Shown here in pieces: positions 31,272 through 40,159 of a DNA stretch of 64,000 nucleotides. The notes under the pieces were generated by a model. The model was not told the DNA's origin, did no database searches, and saw only the letters and a list, made by a program, of their open reading frames with translations. The position numbers were made by a program, and so were the translations under genes. Each line of letters starts with the position of its first letter. Positions within the stretch are counted from its first letter, which is position 1. The stretch is taken from NCBI GenBank assembly GCA_964486045.1, contig CAZALK010000002.1:1-64000 (forward strand), written 5' to 3'. The stretch is from an uncultured archaeon. GTDB taxonomy: Archaea; Asgardarchaeota; Lokiarchaeia; Sigyniarchaeales; SOKP01.

Positions 31272-32306
31272 TTAAGCAATTCTACGTTTTTTAACTACTA
31301 TTATTGCGACAACAGCAACTCCTATCAAAGAAACCACTACACTAGTAAGAACAATTGGCAAGATTGATTGTACATCCTGACCAACATTAATCCCAACTTT
31401 GGGATCATGATAGATATGATTGCCTCGTGGATAATTAAGAATCATTTTTTGCTGTGTTTCATTTTCATCATCTACTTGTAAGGAACTAGCTAATACATCC
31501 ATTATTACCCCATCAACAGTAGCATTTTCTTTCCAAGTAAAGATTCCAGAATATCCACCAAATTGAGTATAAACTCCTCTCTCATCGGTAGCGTATCCAT
31601 CATCTTCATCATTAGTCACTCCGTCTTCAGTATAATTAGCTTCAGAGTTAAGTTTGACATATAATGCAAGTTGTGAATCAACATCGGTATAATTGAAGCC
31701 ATTAATTTCAATGTCAATTTTTACTTGATTGGGTGTCACTAATATTTCATCAACGTATACAAATTCTTCTACAAAGAAAATGTGAGCTGAAAAAACATTA
31801 TCTGTAGTATTAACTACGAAATAATGTAAGGTAGTATCAGCTGAAATAATTGATGTCGTATTTTCAACAAGTTGAAGTGAGTTCAGTGTAAATTCTTGAA
31901 CGAATTGATCTATTGAATCTTCATACATACCATTATCGTTAAGATCAACGAATTCAATAAGTTTCTTAAACTCAACTTCAAATTCTACTTCCCATTCGGG
32001 AGTAATAGAAGAAACTTCAGGAATGGATTCAACTTCCGATCCATAAGAGACTTCAATGGATAAATCAGTGTCGTACTTAACTTTTAATTCTATTTCATCA
32101 ACCTTATCCCCATTCCTTCTGTGAGATTCAACTTTTATCTCATCAATCCCATATTCAACACTAATGTCTCTCTTATTTGCTTCTTCAAAATCGTCATCTA
32201 CACCATCGCTATCATCATCAGACTCAACTGCTACAACAGATCCTATAGTTGTTATTAGTAGAATGCTTAATAAAAAAAATCCTAACAAATTATATTTTTT
32301 ATTCAT
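31272..32306 (-). CDS. Membrane-anchored acidic surface protein, cassette 2
   Basis: Signal peptide; DSDGVDDDFE; HIYHDPKVG; C-terminal TM + KKRR. Confidence 0.85.
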   Translation of the reverse strand: MNKKYNLLGFFLLSILLITTIGSVVAVESDDDSDGVDDDFEEANKRDISVEYGIDEIKVESHRRNGDKVDEIELKVKYDTDLSIEVSYGSEVESIPEVSSITPEWEVEFEVEFKKLIEFVDLNDNGMYEDSIDQFVQEFTLNSLQLVENTTSIISADTTLHYFVVNTTDNVFSAHIFFVEEFVYVDEILVTPNQVKIDIEINGFNYTDVDSQLALYVKLNSEANYTEDGVTNDEDDGYATDERGVYTQFGGYSGIFTWKENATVDGVIMDVLASSLQVDDENETQQKMILNYPRGNHIYHDPKVGINVGQDVQSILPIVLTSVVVSLIGVAVVAIIVVKKRRIA

Positions 32307-32375
32307 AATAATATATCCCCTAAATAAGCTAAATTTTCATTAAATTGTTCTATTCTAGTGATCTTATTGTGAATA

Positions 32376-32401
32376 TATAAAACAAGTTGGTAACAGATTG
32401 A
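32376..32401 (-). promoter_or_regulatory. TATA box with conserved upstream element (TCAA-N4-TTACCA-N6-TTTATA)
   Basis: Same motif and spacing at 36116-36141. Confidence 0.55.
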
Positions 32402-32547
32402 GGTATATAATTTTACAAATTATATTTGTACTAATTTGTTAGAAAAACTTTAAAAAAGGGGTTCAATTTTATTCCAATTTATTATTATGGGTTATTAACT
32501 TCTTTTATCATTACTGAAGATAAAGAATTTGAACTAGTGAAATACTA

Positions 32548-33246
32548 TTATCTAGCTTCATCTGTATTGAGATAATTTTTCATATAAACATCACTCAAAA
32601 AATAGATGACTCTTTTTGATACTTTTTTTTTAACAACTATGTTGAATTGTTCAAATAATTTTAAGTATTTTGAGATAGTATTTGGATGCATTTTGAGACT
32701 TTTTGAAAGCTGAGTTTTGGTTATCCCGAAATCGTTGTTTTTTAAATAGTTAATAATTTTCTTACTTTTATCTTTTGATGTGATATAGGCAAATTTGGAG
32801 TTCTTAACCTCAAAATTCGAATCAAAATAAACATCATGGTTATCAAATTTCTCCTTCTTAATGAAATTAAACTTTAGTAAAACATTAAGGTGCCATACTA
32901 CTACATGATTAGATATATGCAATTCAGTCAATAACCGGTTGAAATAAATTCCAGGATTTTCTAAAATATAATCATAAATATGTTTTCTCTTCGAATTTAT
33001 TAATATATCACTACTAATTAACTTAGAACCCTCAACAATATGTTTCTTTTTTACTAACGATCTTAAAATTTCTTCAATTCGTCGAATATTTATGTCTACT
33101 GAGGCCATCCTAAAACGAGAGATTATAAATGGAAGTATTTCACTCATGTCAAAATATCTGTTCTTATTTAAATACTCTCCAACAACACCTAAAATGAGTT
33201 TTTCTTGTTCTGGTTGTTCAAATTGCATTATTTTAAGAAGCCTCAA
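32548..33246 (-). CDS. Double winged-HTH transcriptional regulator, cassette 1
   Basis: IYDYILENPGIYFNRL..HLNVL; likely start ATG 33228. Confidence 0.85.
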   Translation of the reverse strand: MRLLKIMQFEQPEQEKLILGVVGEYLNKNRYFDMSEILPFIISRFRMASVDINIRRIEEILRSLVKKKHIVEGSKLISSDILINSKRKHIYDYILENPGIYFNRLLTELHISNHVVVWHLNVLLKFNFIKKEKFDNHDVYFDSNFEVKNSKFAYITSKDKSKKIINYLKNNDFGITKTQLSKSLKMHPNTISKYLKLFEQFNIVVKKKVSKRVIYFLSDVYMKNYLNTDEAR

Positions 33247-33259
33247 TTACTTACCCATT

Positions 33260-34597
33260 TTACGACACAGATTCAGATTTTTCGACCATCTCATCAAGGA
33301 TTAATTTTCTTTCATAGGGAGTTAAAGCTAACATTTCTTGAATGAATTCATTTTTTTCGTTTCCTTTCCAATTAAAATGGTTCACAGTTTCGTAGAATTC
33401 TTCAGTGACTACTGTAATATTGAGACTTCCTAACCGGGCAAGCTTCTCAACAGATTTTTCTTCAAAAAATAACTGAAGTGGTGAGGGTTCTTCATAACGA
33501 TCTTCAACTTCATTTTCCTCAAAAATTTCATTAAAATATTCTTCTCTATCTTTCCGAATCTTTTTTAGAGGAGATTTTTTAATCCCAAAATGGTAAACAG
33601 AATAAACTACGCTTACGCTTACAGCCCCGATAATTAATACCCCGACCACGAAAGGAATTGGGGAAATCGGCTCTGTTAATGCAATTAATAAATCTTCAAT
33701 ACCAACTTTGGGATCATGATATATGTGATCTCCATGTTGATAATTGAGATATATTTTTTGTTCATATTCATCATGATTATCTAACGTTATATCACTTATT
33801 GGTATTTCATGAGTGTTTTCATCAATCGTGGCAAATCGCTTCCATGTAAGATAACCTGTTTTACCTTCAAAAGATGTGATCACACCTTGTTCATTCTCAG
33901 CATAACCATTTGTTTCATCTTCTGTTTTCTCTATATGTTCATAATTTGTCTCAGATTCTAGTTTTGTATACAACGCGAGATTTGAACTAGTATTAATATA
34001 ATCAAAGTTTGAAATCTCAATATCGATTTTTAATTGTGTAGGGGTGATTAATGAATCATTAACAATTGTGAATTCTTCTGCTAAATAAATATGAGTAGTG
34101 AAAGTATTATTGATGGTACTTATCTTGAAGTAGTGTAAGGAACTTTCATCTGATATCGATAATATCGTGTAATTTGCAGGTTGGAAGTTTCCAATTGAAA
34201 AATTTTGAATCTTTTGATCAACTTCAGGATCATAAATTCCATTCTTCTCTTCTTCACTGTCAATAAACTCAATTATTTCTTGAAAAACAATACTAAATGT
34301 AAATTCCGGGGGTGCTTCTAAGTTTGACCTATAGGCAAAGCTAATACTAATTCCATCTTCGTTATATCCTATATTTATTCTTATACGGTCTTTATTGTTA
34401 TCAGTTCGCCTAATTGAGTCTATTTGGATTTCATTAGCAAAAATATCCGTTTCTACGTTTCTCAAATTAAGTTTTTCAAATTCATCATTTACTTGATCAC
34501 CATCCTCATCAAAAGCTTTAACTGAATTGAGATTAAAACTTAAAAGTAAGATCCCAAAAAAGAAGATTCCTATCAAATAATACTTTCTTTTCATCAT
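33260..34597 (-). CDS. Single-pass membrane protein: acidic ectodomain plus cytoplasmic tail, cassette 1
   Basis: Paralog of 29712; tail EMLALTPYER. Confidence 0.85.
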   Translation of the reverse strand: MMKRKYYLIGIFFFGILLLSFNLNSVKAFDEDGDQVNDEFEKLNLRNVETDIFANEIQIDSIRRTDNNKDRIRINIGYNEDGISISFAYRSNLEAPPEFTFSIVFQEIIEFIDSEEEKNGIYDPEVDQKIQNFSIGNFQPANYTILSISDESSLHYFKISTINNTFTTHIYLAEEFTIVNDSLITPTQLKIDIEISNFDYINTSSNLALYTKLESETNYEHIEKTEDETNGYAENEQGVITSFEGKTGYLTWKRFATIDENTHEIPISDITLDNHDEYEQKIYLNYQHGDHIYHDPKVGIEDLLIALTEPISPIPFVVGVLIIGAVSVSVVYSVYHFGIKKSPLKKIRKDREEYFNEIFEENEVEDRYEEPSPLQLFFEEKSVEKLARLGSLNITVVTEEFYETVNHFNWKGNEKNEFIQEMLALTPYERKLILDEMVEKSESVS

Positions 34598-34824
34598 ATC
34601 AATCTAATTTGTAAATAATCCTTTTCTGTATTGGTTTTTATTTTAGATAACTTTTTCACAAAACTTTTTTTACCTATTTTTATTAAATGAAACTTATCAG
34701 AAACATACCAATAATGATAAATAAATTTGATTTAGTCTGGTGTTATTTTCTAGCATTTTTTGAATTTTTTTTTGATAATTAAAATAAAAAAAAATTTTTT
34801 ATATATTTAGGGATTCTGTGTACA

Positions 34825-36051
34825 TTAAATTATTCTACGTTTTCTCATCATGACTAAAGCAACAGTAGTAATTCCAACAATAGAAGCAAAGCTACCTGTA
34901 ATAATAATTGGAATCAATATACTTGGTGTTTGAATTACATTAATATATATTCCAATTTTTGGATCATGATAAATATGATTTCCTCTGGGGTAGCTGATAT
35001 ACAGTTTCTCTAGATGTTCATCTTCTCCATCCATTATTATTCTATTCGTGAATACAGGCATTTCGACACCATCAATAAGAGCAGTCTCTTTCCAACTAAA
35101 AATTCCAGTATATTCCTCATTATGAATGTATACTTCTTTTTCTTCGGAAGCATACCCGTCCTTTTCATCCTCTGTTTCTTCTTTCTCCTCGTAACTTATT
35201 GCTTCAGACCATAATTTAGTATATAAAGCTAGTTGAGAATTAGTATCAACATAATTATAATTAGTAATTTCAATGTCTACCTTTACCTGGGTTGGAGAAA
35301 TGAGTGTCTCATCAATATAAACGAATTCTTCTACGAAATAAATGTGAGTAGCAAAAACACCATCTGTAGTATTCAGTAAGATATAATGTAAATTAGTGTC
35401 TTCAGAAATACTTATTAAAGAATATTCTACTGGTTGAAAGGAATTAAATCCGTAATCTTCTATTATCTCATCAATTTCAAAGTCTAAAATATCGTTGTCA
35501 TTAAGATCTACGAATTCTATAAGTCCTCGAAACCATACTTCAAATTTCAACTTATGGAGAATTATTTCACAGTCATTTACCCAATGCAGTTCACCCTCTT
35601 CACCATCAGATTCAGGTTCTTCTTGAGGTTCCTCGCATTCAGGATTTTTAATAATTGTTCCAAAGGAGACTCGGACAGAAATACCCCCCTCACCAAAACC
35701 TACCCTCATATCAATTATATCTTTTTGATCGCCATGTCTTCGAATTGAGCCCATTTCAACAACGTTTTCTCCAATCCATATGGATATGTCTCTCTTATTA
35801 TCATCTTCAAAATTGTCGTCGACTCCATCATTATCATCGTCTGGTATATCTGGTTCTTCATCATCAGGGTGATCAGGTTCTTTTGGTTCTTCATCAGGTT
35901 CATCTGGTTCTTCATCACCAGGGTGATCAGGTTCATCTGGTTCTTCATCACCAGGCAGGTCATCTTCAATAGCAAAAGAATTACTTAGACTTGCCGATAT
36001 AAATAGCATCCCTAATAAAAATACTCCAATTAAAAAAATTTTTCTTTTCAT
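34825..36051 (-). CDS. Membrane-anchored acidic surface protein with D/E/P repeats, cassette 1
   Basis: Paralog of 31272; HIYHDPKIG; TM + RKRR. Confidence 0.85.
   Translation of the reverse strand: MKRKIFLIGVFLLGMLFISASLSNSFAIEDDLPGDEEPDEPDHPGDEEPDEPDEEPKEPDHPDDEEPDIPDDDNDGVDDNFEDDNKRDISIWIGENVVEMGSIRRHGDQKDIIDMRVGFGEGGISVRVSFGTIIKNPECEEPQEEPESDGEEGELHWVNDCEIILHKLKFEVWFRGLIEFVDLNDNDILDFEIDEIIEDYGFNSFQPVEYSLISISEDTNLHYILLNTTDGVFATHIYFVEEFVYIDETLISPTQVKVDIEITNYNYVDTNSQLALYTKLWSEAISYEEKEETEDEKDGYASEEKEVYIHNEEYTGIFSWKETALIDGVEMPVFTNRIIMDGEDEHLEKLYISYPRGNHIYHDPKIGIYINVIQTPSILIPIIITGSFASIVGITTVALVMMRKRRII
35848..35955 (-). repeat. Intragenic tandem repeats encoding (G)DEEPDEPDHP
   Basis: Repeated TCTGGTTCTTCATCA/CAGGGTGATCAGGTTC units on the + strand. 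Confidence 0.8.
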
Positions 36052-36115
36052 TATAAAACCTTATTTTAAATAATTTTTCATAGATTGACTTATAATTATA
36101 ATTTCTACGCCCTAA

Positions 36116-36141
36116 TATAAACTAAAATGGTAAAAATTTGA
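36116..36141 (-). promoter_or_regulatory. TATA box with conserved upstream element, cassette 1
   Basis: Matches 32376-32401 with identical spacing. Confidence 0.55.
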
Positions 36142-36311
36142 ATATTTATTCGTTTTGAAAAGGCTTGCGACTTTAATCCTAATTAGCTTTTCTATGTATA
36201 AATATTAAATAACCCAATTTTGCTTATAGGGTTAACTATTTAAAATTTATATTTAAAAAATATGAGAATTGCCCCATTTTTAAAGATTGAGAATTTGTTA
36301 AAGAAATTTAG

Positions 36312-36421
36312 AGCCAGTGGTGGGATTTGCACCCACGATGCTGAATAGCAACGGCTCTGCGTCGGCTAAAACTTGTAAAAAGTTTTAAAGGCCGCCCCCT
36401 TAACTACTCGGGTACACTGGC
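36312..36421 (-). tRNA. tRNA-Cys(GCA) with a 28-nt BHB intron at 33/34 (36361-36388) and a long variable arm
   Basis: Acceptor GCCAGTG/CACTGGC, discriminator U; anticodon stem GCGGC/GCCGT; BHB (CT|T, CGGC/GCCG, AC|G) yields loop CT-GCA-GA; T stem GTGGG/CCCAC. Confidence 0.9.
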
Positions 36422-36563
36422 TAATCTTTATTAAGAATTCATCTTAACTATTTTATAAAACTTCTATAAATAAAAGAAATTCATTTAAAAATATATTATT
36501 TATGTGTTAAATACGATTAAACAAATAATTAAGTCATTTGAATTTCGCAGAAGATTTTTATGT

Positions 36564-36851
36564 TTATCCCCCTGCAATTGCTGGTATAAATGACAATTCA
36601 TCATCCAATTGAACTTTTGTTTCAATACCATTTAAAGATCTGATGTCTTTTCCATTTATAGTAATTATAACGTATTCACTGAGATTCGATGACGTTTTAT
36701 AAATCATTTCCTCAAATTTTTCCCCGAACTTTTTAGCCAAAATTTCCAAAACAGTTCTAATTGTTGAATTATCATCGATTGGTAGATCTAATTCCTCTAC
36801 TTCGGTAATATCTGTTAATAAAGATAAAAATACTATTTTAATATTAATCAT
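36564..36851 (-). CDS. MoaD/ThiS/SAMP ubiquitin-like sulfur carrier
   Basis: C-terminal PAIAGG; likely start ATG 36851. Confidence 0.88.
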   Translation of the reverse strand: MINIKIVFLSLLTDITEVEELDLPIDDNSTIRTVLEILAKKFGEKFEEMIYKTSSNLSEYVIITINGKDIRSLNGIETKVQLDDELSFIPAIAGG

Positions 36852-36997
36852 ATCAATCTTGTTTAAATTAGTTCTGCTTAAAATTTTAAATTTTTTATTA
36901 TCGGAAAAGTAATTAATTGAATTACCACTTAACATTATAATTATTGAATATTAATTTGTCTTTTACTTATATTAAATAAACAAAATCAGCGAATTTT

Positions 36998-37945
36998 ATG
37001 ACCGTAAATGAGTTAAATCTAGGTCACTTATCAACTGCGTACCACAGTAATTGGATTTTGATGGGAAATGATGAGTTAGAAAAAGCACTTGGGAAAAAAA
37101 TAAAGTGGCATTTGTTCGGTACCGGTCCATTAATGGTAGAAGCTTTTAATAAGGGTAAGTTAGATATCGGTTATATGGGATTACCCCCTGCAATAATTGG
37201 AATAGATGACGGAGTACCAATAAAATGTGTTTCCGGGGGTCACGTTGAAGGAACAATTGTGATTGGTAAAAAAAACCATCAGACCATTTCACAACTAAAT
37301 GACGATATGTACAGAGTCCTTATACAATTTAAAGGATGTACAATAGGGACTCCTAGTGTTGGCTCTATACATGATGCAATTTTAAATTATTACCTAGAAA
37401 AATATGATTTGAAAGAAGATATCAAAGTTAAAAATTATAAACAGGCAGAATTTATAGCTATAGACATGAAAAACGGGATTTTAGAAGGAGGGGTAGGAAC
37501 TCCTGCATTAGTTGTTTTTGCTAAGACTATTTTAGATTCTCATCTAGTTGTTCCGCCAAATTATTTATTACCAAATAACCCTAGTTATGGAATATTTTTT
37601 CATGAGAATTTAATCGAAAATAATCCAGATTTTGTTTTAAAATTCCTTGAACATCATAAAAAAGCTTCCCATTTACTCAGAAATTCACAAGATGAAGCTG
37701 CAGAGATTATTTCAAACACTTTTACAATTCTGAATAACAATACGCAATATGCTAAATCTGTACTTGAAATTTCACCAAAATATTGTATCGCACTTTCGGA
37801 AGGATATATAGAATCAACTGAAGGTTTCGTAAGTACAATGCATAAATTAGGGTATATTAATAAAAAGCTAACAACTGAAAAAATTTTTACCTTTGATTTT
37901 GTCAATAAGGTGCATCCGGAAAAAGAACACTATTCTCAAATATAA
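36998..37945 (+). CDS. NitT/TauT/Thi5-like substrate-binding-fold protein without a signal peptide
   Basis: FGTGP.M.EAF..G.LDIGYMGLPPAI and IGTPSVGSIHD motifs. Confidence 0.8.
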   Translation: MTVNELNLGHLSTAYHSNWILMGNDELEKALGKKIKWHLFGTGPLMVEAFNKGKLDIGYMGLPPAIIGIDDGVPIKCVSGGHVEGTIVIGKKNHQTISQLNDDMYRVLIQFKGCTIGTPSVGSIHDAILNYYLEKYDLKEDIKVKNYKQAEFIAIDMKNGILEGGVGTPALVVFAKTILDSHLVVPPNYLLPNNPSYGIFFHENLIENNPDFVLKFLEHHKKASHLLRNSQDEAAEIISNTFTILNNNTQYAKSVLEISPKYCIALSEGYIESTEGFVSTMHKLGYINKKLTTEKIFTFDFVNKVHPEKEHYSQI

Positions 37946-37964
37946 ACAAGATTAATAAAGTGTG

Positions 37965-38330
37965 TTATAAAGAAAAAATTAGTTGTCCCTCTTCCTGATA
38001 CTCAAGCAATAAATCCGCAACTTTAAAAGATTGAACCAACTCGATCCCGTCAATTAGCTCTGATTTATCCAACCCAATAATGCTAGCCGCCAAATCGCAG
38101 CACCTAAATTTAACTCCCAATTCGATACACTCCACCACTTCATCGTCATATTGCATTCTCCCCTTTTTATTTTTTTTTCCCAGGAGAATTCCCATTGGCC
38201 CCCACAACACTACAGTAACTTCAAGCCCTCTACTTCTGTAATATTTAGCAAAACGTATTGTTTCTAGCGGACTAGTTGATTCATAAATCATATGTTTTAA
38301 AAGTAATAATACTTTCGTAACTTTTCCCAT
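37965..38330 (-). CDS. DsrE-family sulfur relay protein
   Basis: DsrE pattern with GVKFRCC conserved Cys. Confidence 0.8.
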   Translation of the reverse strand: MGKVTKVLLLLKHMIYESTSPLETIRFAKYYRSRGLEVTVVLWGPMGILLGKKNKKGRMQYDDEVVECIELGVKFRCCDLAASIIGLDKSELIDGIELVQSFKVADLLLEYQEEGQLIFSL

Positions 38331-38537
38331 TTACTCAACTCCATGTTATCCTTACTATACTCTTAAATAATCTCTCTTAATAATTGCGAAATTCATGTAA
38401 TTCTTATGATATTATAAACCAAATTTAAATTTTTCTGTAATAACTATTAAAATTGAGTTGAAAATAAGTTCATTCGGAAAATTATCTGAATTAAACCTTT
38501 TATTAGTAATTTTTGCATTTATTTATTTTATGTTAAA

Positions 38538-39467
38538 TTATGCTTTAAACAAGTCGGTTGTTAAATATCTTTCTCCTGTGTCGGGTAAAATAGTAACAAT
38601 GTTTTGCTCTGAATTAAATTCTTTATGCACAACATTTAAAGCTGCCCACGAAGCTGCGCCAGCCGATATACCAACAAATATTCCTTCTAATTTAGCTAAA
38701 TTTCTTGCAGTTTCTGCTGCATCCTCATATTTGACTTTGATTATACAATTATAAATTTCAGTATTTAAGACATCTGGCACGAATCCAGCACCAATACCTT
38801 GAATTTTATGCGGTCCTGGTTGACCTCCAGATAAAACAGGAGAATCTACAGGCTCTACTGCAAAGATTCTAACTTGTTCTCCAATTTTTTCTCTAAGAAT
38901 TTCTCCAACTCCCGTGATTGTACCACCTGTCCCTATTCCAGAAACAAAACCATCAACTTTATTATCTAAATCTTCTAATATTTCTAAAGCAGTAGTTGTT
39001 CTATGAATTTCAGGATTAGCTTGATTTTTAAACTGTTGAGGAATAAATACTTTATTATTATCTTTAGATAATTCTTCTGCTTTTTGAATTGCTCCTTTCA
39101 TTCCACCTGAAGCCGGTGTTAAAACTAATTCTGCTCCATATGCCTTTAAAATCTTCCTTCTTTCTATTGACATACTTTCAGGCATAGTCAAGATTAATTT
39201 ATAACCTTTAACAGCACAAACTAAAGCTAACCCAATTCCTGTATTTCCTGATGTAGGTTCAACAATTATCGTTTCTTTATTTATAATTTTTGCTTTTTCG
39301 GCAGCATCTATCATAGCCATGCAAATTCTATCTTTAACGCTCGAACCAGGATTAAAAGCTTCTATTTTAGCATAAATAGTTGGTTCAATATCTCTTGCTA
39401 TTCTATTTAATTTTACTAAGGGTGTCCTTCCTATGGTCTCGATTACATTCTTGTATATTCTTCCCAT
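38538..39467 (-). CDS. cysK: Cysteine synthase A
   Basis: NPGSSVKDR, EPTSGNTG, GIGTGGT, HKIQGIG. Confidence 0.95.
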   Translation of the reverse strand: MGRIYKNVIETIGRTPLVKLNRIARDIEPTIYAKIEAFNPGSSVKDRICMAMIDAAEKAKIINKETIIVEPTSGNTGIGLALVCAVKGYKLILTMPESMSIERRKILKAYGAELVLTPASGGMKGAIQKAEELSKDNNKVFIPQQFKNQANPEIHRTTTALEILEDLDNKVDGFVSGIGTGGTITGVGEILREKIGEQVRIFAVEPVDSPVLSGGQPGPHKIQGIGAGFVPDVLNTEIYNCIIKVKYEDAAETARNLAKLEGIFVGISAGAASWAALNVVHKEFNSEQNIVTILPDTGERYLTTDLFKA

Positions 39468-39503
39468 TGTTTATCATATGTTTTTTATTGTAATAAAAAT
39501 GTC

Positions 39504-39526
39504 TAGTTAATAAGTCAAGAAGACAA
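39504..39526 (-). promoter_or_regulatory. Candidate Rrf2 operator just downstream of the cysK TATA box
   Basis: TTGTCTTCTTGACTTATTAACTA; 19/23 identical to the site at 40082. Confidence 0.6.
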
Positions 39527-39588
39527 GTTTTAAAAATGTTTTTTTTATAACATATATGAAGGTATCGAAATGAATCTAGAGGTAAAAT

Positions 39589-40002
39589 ATGAAAATATTC
39601 TCTGAAAAAATTAAGTATGGTCTTGCAGCTTTATTTGAATTGGCAAAAAACCACAATACAGGGCATATTCAGATAAAGGATATCGCAGAAGCTCAAAATA
39701 TTCCTCAGAATTATTTAGAACACCTCCTCATTAAATTAAAAGAATCGAATCTTGTTGAAAGTATTCGAGGTAGCAAGGGAGGTTATAAATTGAAGTTACC
39801 CCCTAATTCAATAAAGGTTCTAAATGTTATTGAGAGTTTAGAAGGTAACATTACTGTTTTTGAAAATCAAGAGATGAATGAAACTTTAAACATTTATTGG
39901 GATAAAATTAAAGCTAGTTTTAGAAATATATTTAACACTACTTTAGATGACTTAATTAATGAAGATGATATAATCCATAAACGTTTATTTTTTCAGATAT
40001 AG
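39589..40002 (+). CDS. Rrf2-family regulator (CymR-like, no Fe-S cysteines)
   Basis: IAEAQNIPQNYLEH...SIRGSKGGYKL; no Cys. Confidence 0.9.
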   Translation: MKIFSEKIKYGLAALFELAKNHNTGHIQIKDIAEAQNIPQNYLEHLLIKLKESNLVESIRGSKGGYKLKLPPNSIKVLNVIESLEGNITVFENQEMNETLNIYWDKIKASFRNIFNTTLDDLINEDDIIHKRLFFQI

Positions 40003-40081
40003 CTAAAGAGTTTGTGAAACAAGTTCATCTAGGTTTAGAGTTGTGGTTATATAAGAAATTTTAAAAACAAAAAGTTTAAAA

Positions 40082-40104
40082 TTGTCTTCATGATTAAGTA
40101 ACTA
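40082..40104 (+). promoter_or_regulatory. Candidate Rrf2 operator just downstream of the sat TATA box
   Basis: TTGTCTTCATGATTAAGTAACTA directly after AAAAGTTTAAA. Confidence 0.6.
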
Positions 40105-40159
40105 TAGATTAAAATTTCGTATTGTTGAGTATACAAGTAAAGATTAACGAGGGAATAGA

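Noticed and set aside
35848-35955. CRISPR-like array
   Set aside because: In-frame coding tandem repeat without unique spacers
36312-36421. tRNA-Sec, -Ser or -Leu, or a tRNA integration (att) site
   Set aside because: The 7/5 fold, spliced GCA anticodon and U73 indicate Cys; I saw no duplicate of the tRNA 3' end and no integrase in the window
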